This document shows positions 63,140-64,000 of a DNA stretch of 64,000 nucleotides, piece after piece (the stretch's first letter is position 1; each line of letters begins with the position of its first letter). The position numbers were made by a program, and so were the translations under genes. The stretch comes from Nemertoderma westbladi (Eukaryota; Animalia; Xenacoelomorpha): the NCBI GenBank assembly GCA_032718475.1, contig JAUCBJ010003667.1, positions 1 to 64,000 of the forward strand. The letters run 5' to 3'. The notes below the pieces were generated by a model, which was not told the origin of the DNA, searched no databases, and saw only the letters and a program-made list of their open reading frames with translations.

Positions 63140-64000
63140 CCTTGGGTATGGCCATGAGTACCCATCGATTTTTTATTTTTTTCGGCTAGAGTTACGTATG
63201 CAGTCGCATTTGACATTTTGATATTAATTAATGAAATTATGTACTTTTTGCATAGTAATATCACCACTGACTTTATTGCAACATTCATGACCCACTATAG
63301 TAGGTCATGCAACATTTTTCACAAAAAATATTGTGTTCTAGAACATTAGCTAATTGACAAGCTAGTCATTTTTCCAAACATGATTTATTATATAGGCCTA
63401 CTGTATTAAATTTTTTTTTGAAATTTCTAAAAATACCGGTACTGCAATTTTGTGTGTATTAGAACAATAGAATCTAATGTAGAACATTAGTAGATATGTT
63501 TTTATGGTAGCTAGTGTTTTTTTACTCGCTACAGTAGTATTTTTTGTGATTATAAAAAATGTGAAAACATTGATATTTCAGGTTTAAACTATTGCAGAAT
63601 TAATGACCAAAAATATTGATAATATTTTATCAGTTTACAATTTTTGCATGGTAACAATGATTTATGTTATAAAGATGTAGCCTAGTTTTTTTTAATTACT
63701 AGCCATTTTAAATTTTAAAAATGACTAGTTATATGTTCAACAACATTATATTTTTTTTTTTATTTATGTTCTAGAAGAGTGTATAATAATTATATTTTGT
63801 TCTAGAACTTTACAATGTTGCCATGGTAACAATGATTTATGTTATAAATTAATTAAAATATTTATGCTGTACGGAACTGTCACAAAAATAAAAAAAAATA
63901 AAATATAAAAAATATAGCTAATATTGTGTTCTAGAACACAAAATTTTTATGAAAAATGTTGTGAGGACGTCAACGATGGTAATTTAGTTCAAAATAAGTC

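Noticed and set aside
63285-64000. Defined transposon at the window end
   Set aside because: Only degenerate GTTCTAGAAC palindromic repeats are visible; the ends cannot be established.

Overview
AT-rich eukaryotic (metazoan-like) window made mostly of nested transposable elements. It holds two large minus-strand Bel/Pao LTR retrotransposons (1-12559 and ~28400-38200). Both lack reverse transcriptase and both carry extra ORFs between pol and the polypurine tract. The second one's extra ORF reconstructs to a WRN/EXD2/mut-7-type DEDDy 3'-5' exonuclease fused to three CCHC zinc knuckles, which is the top finding. A Gypsy element with 117-bp TA..TA LTRs and an unusual primer site sits inside a 73-bp satellite derived from LINE RT coding sequence. 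Other elements are HINE/Helitron-like non-autonomous copies, nested TIR DNA transposons, and LINE and Penelope fragments. Host genes are an ABCC4-like transporter (one 3.9-kb exon, one 1-bp frameshift), a disrupted REV3L copy, a three-exon GM2-activator-like gene and an orphan membrane-protein ORF. All homology calls come from motif recognition by eye; no searches were run.
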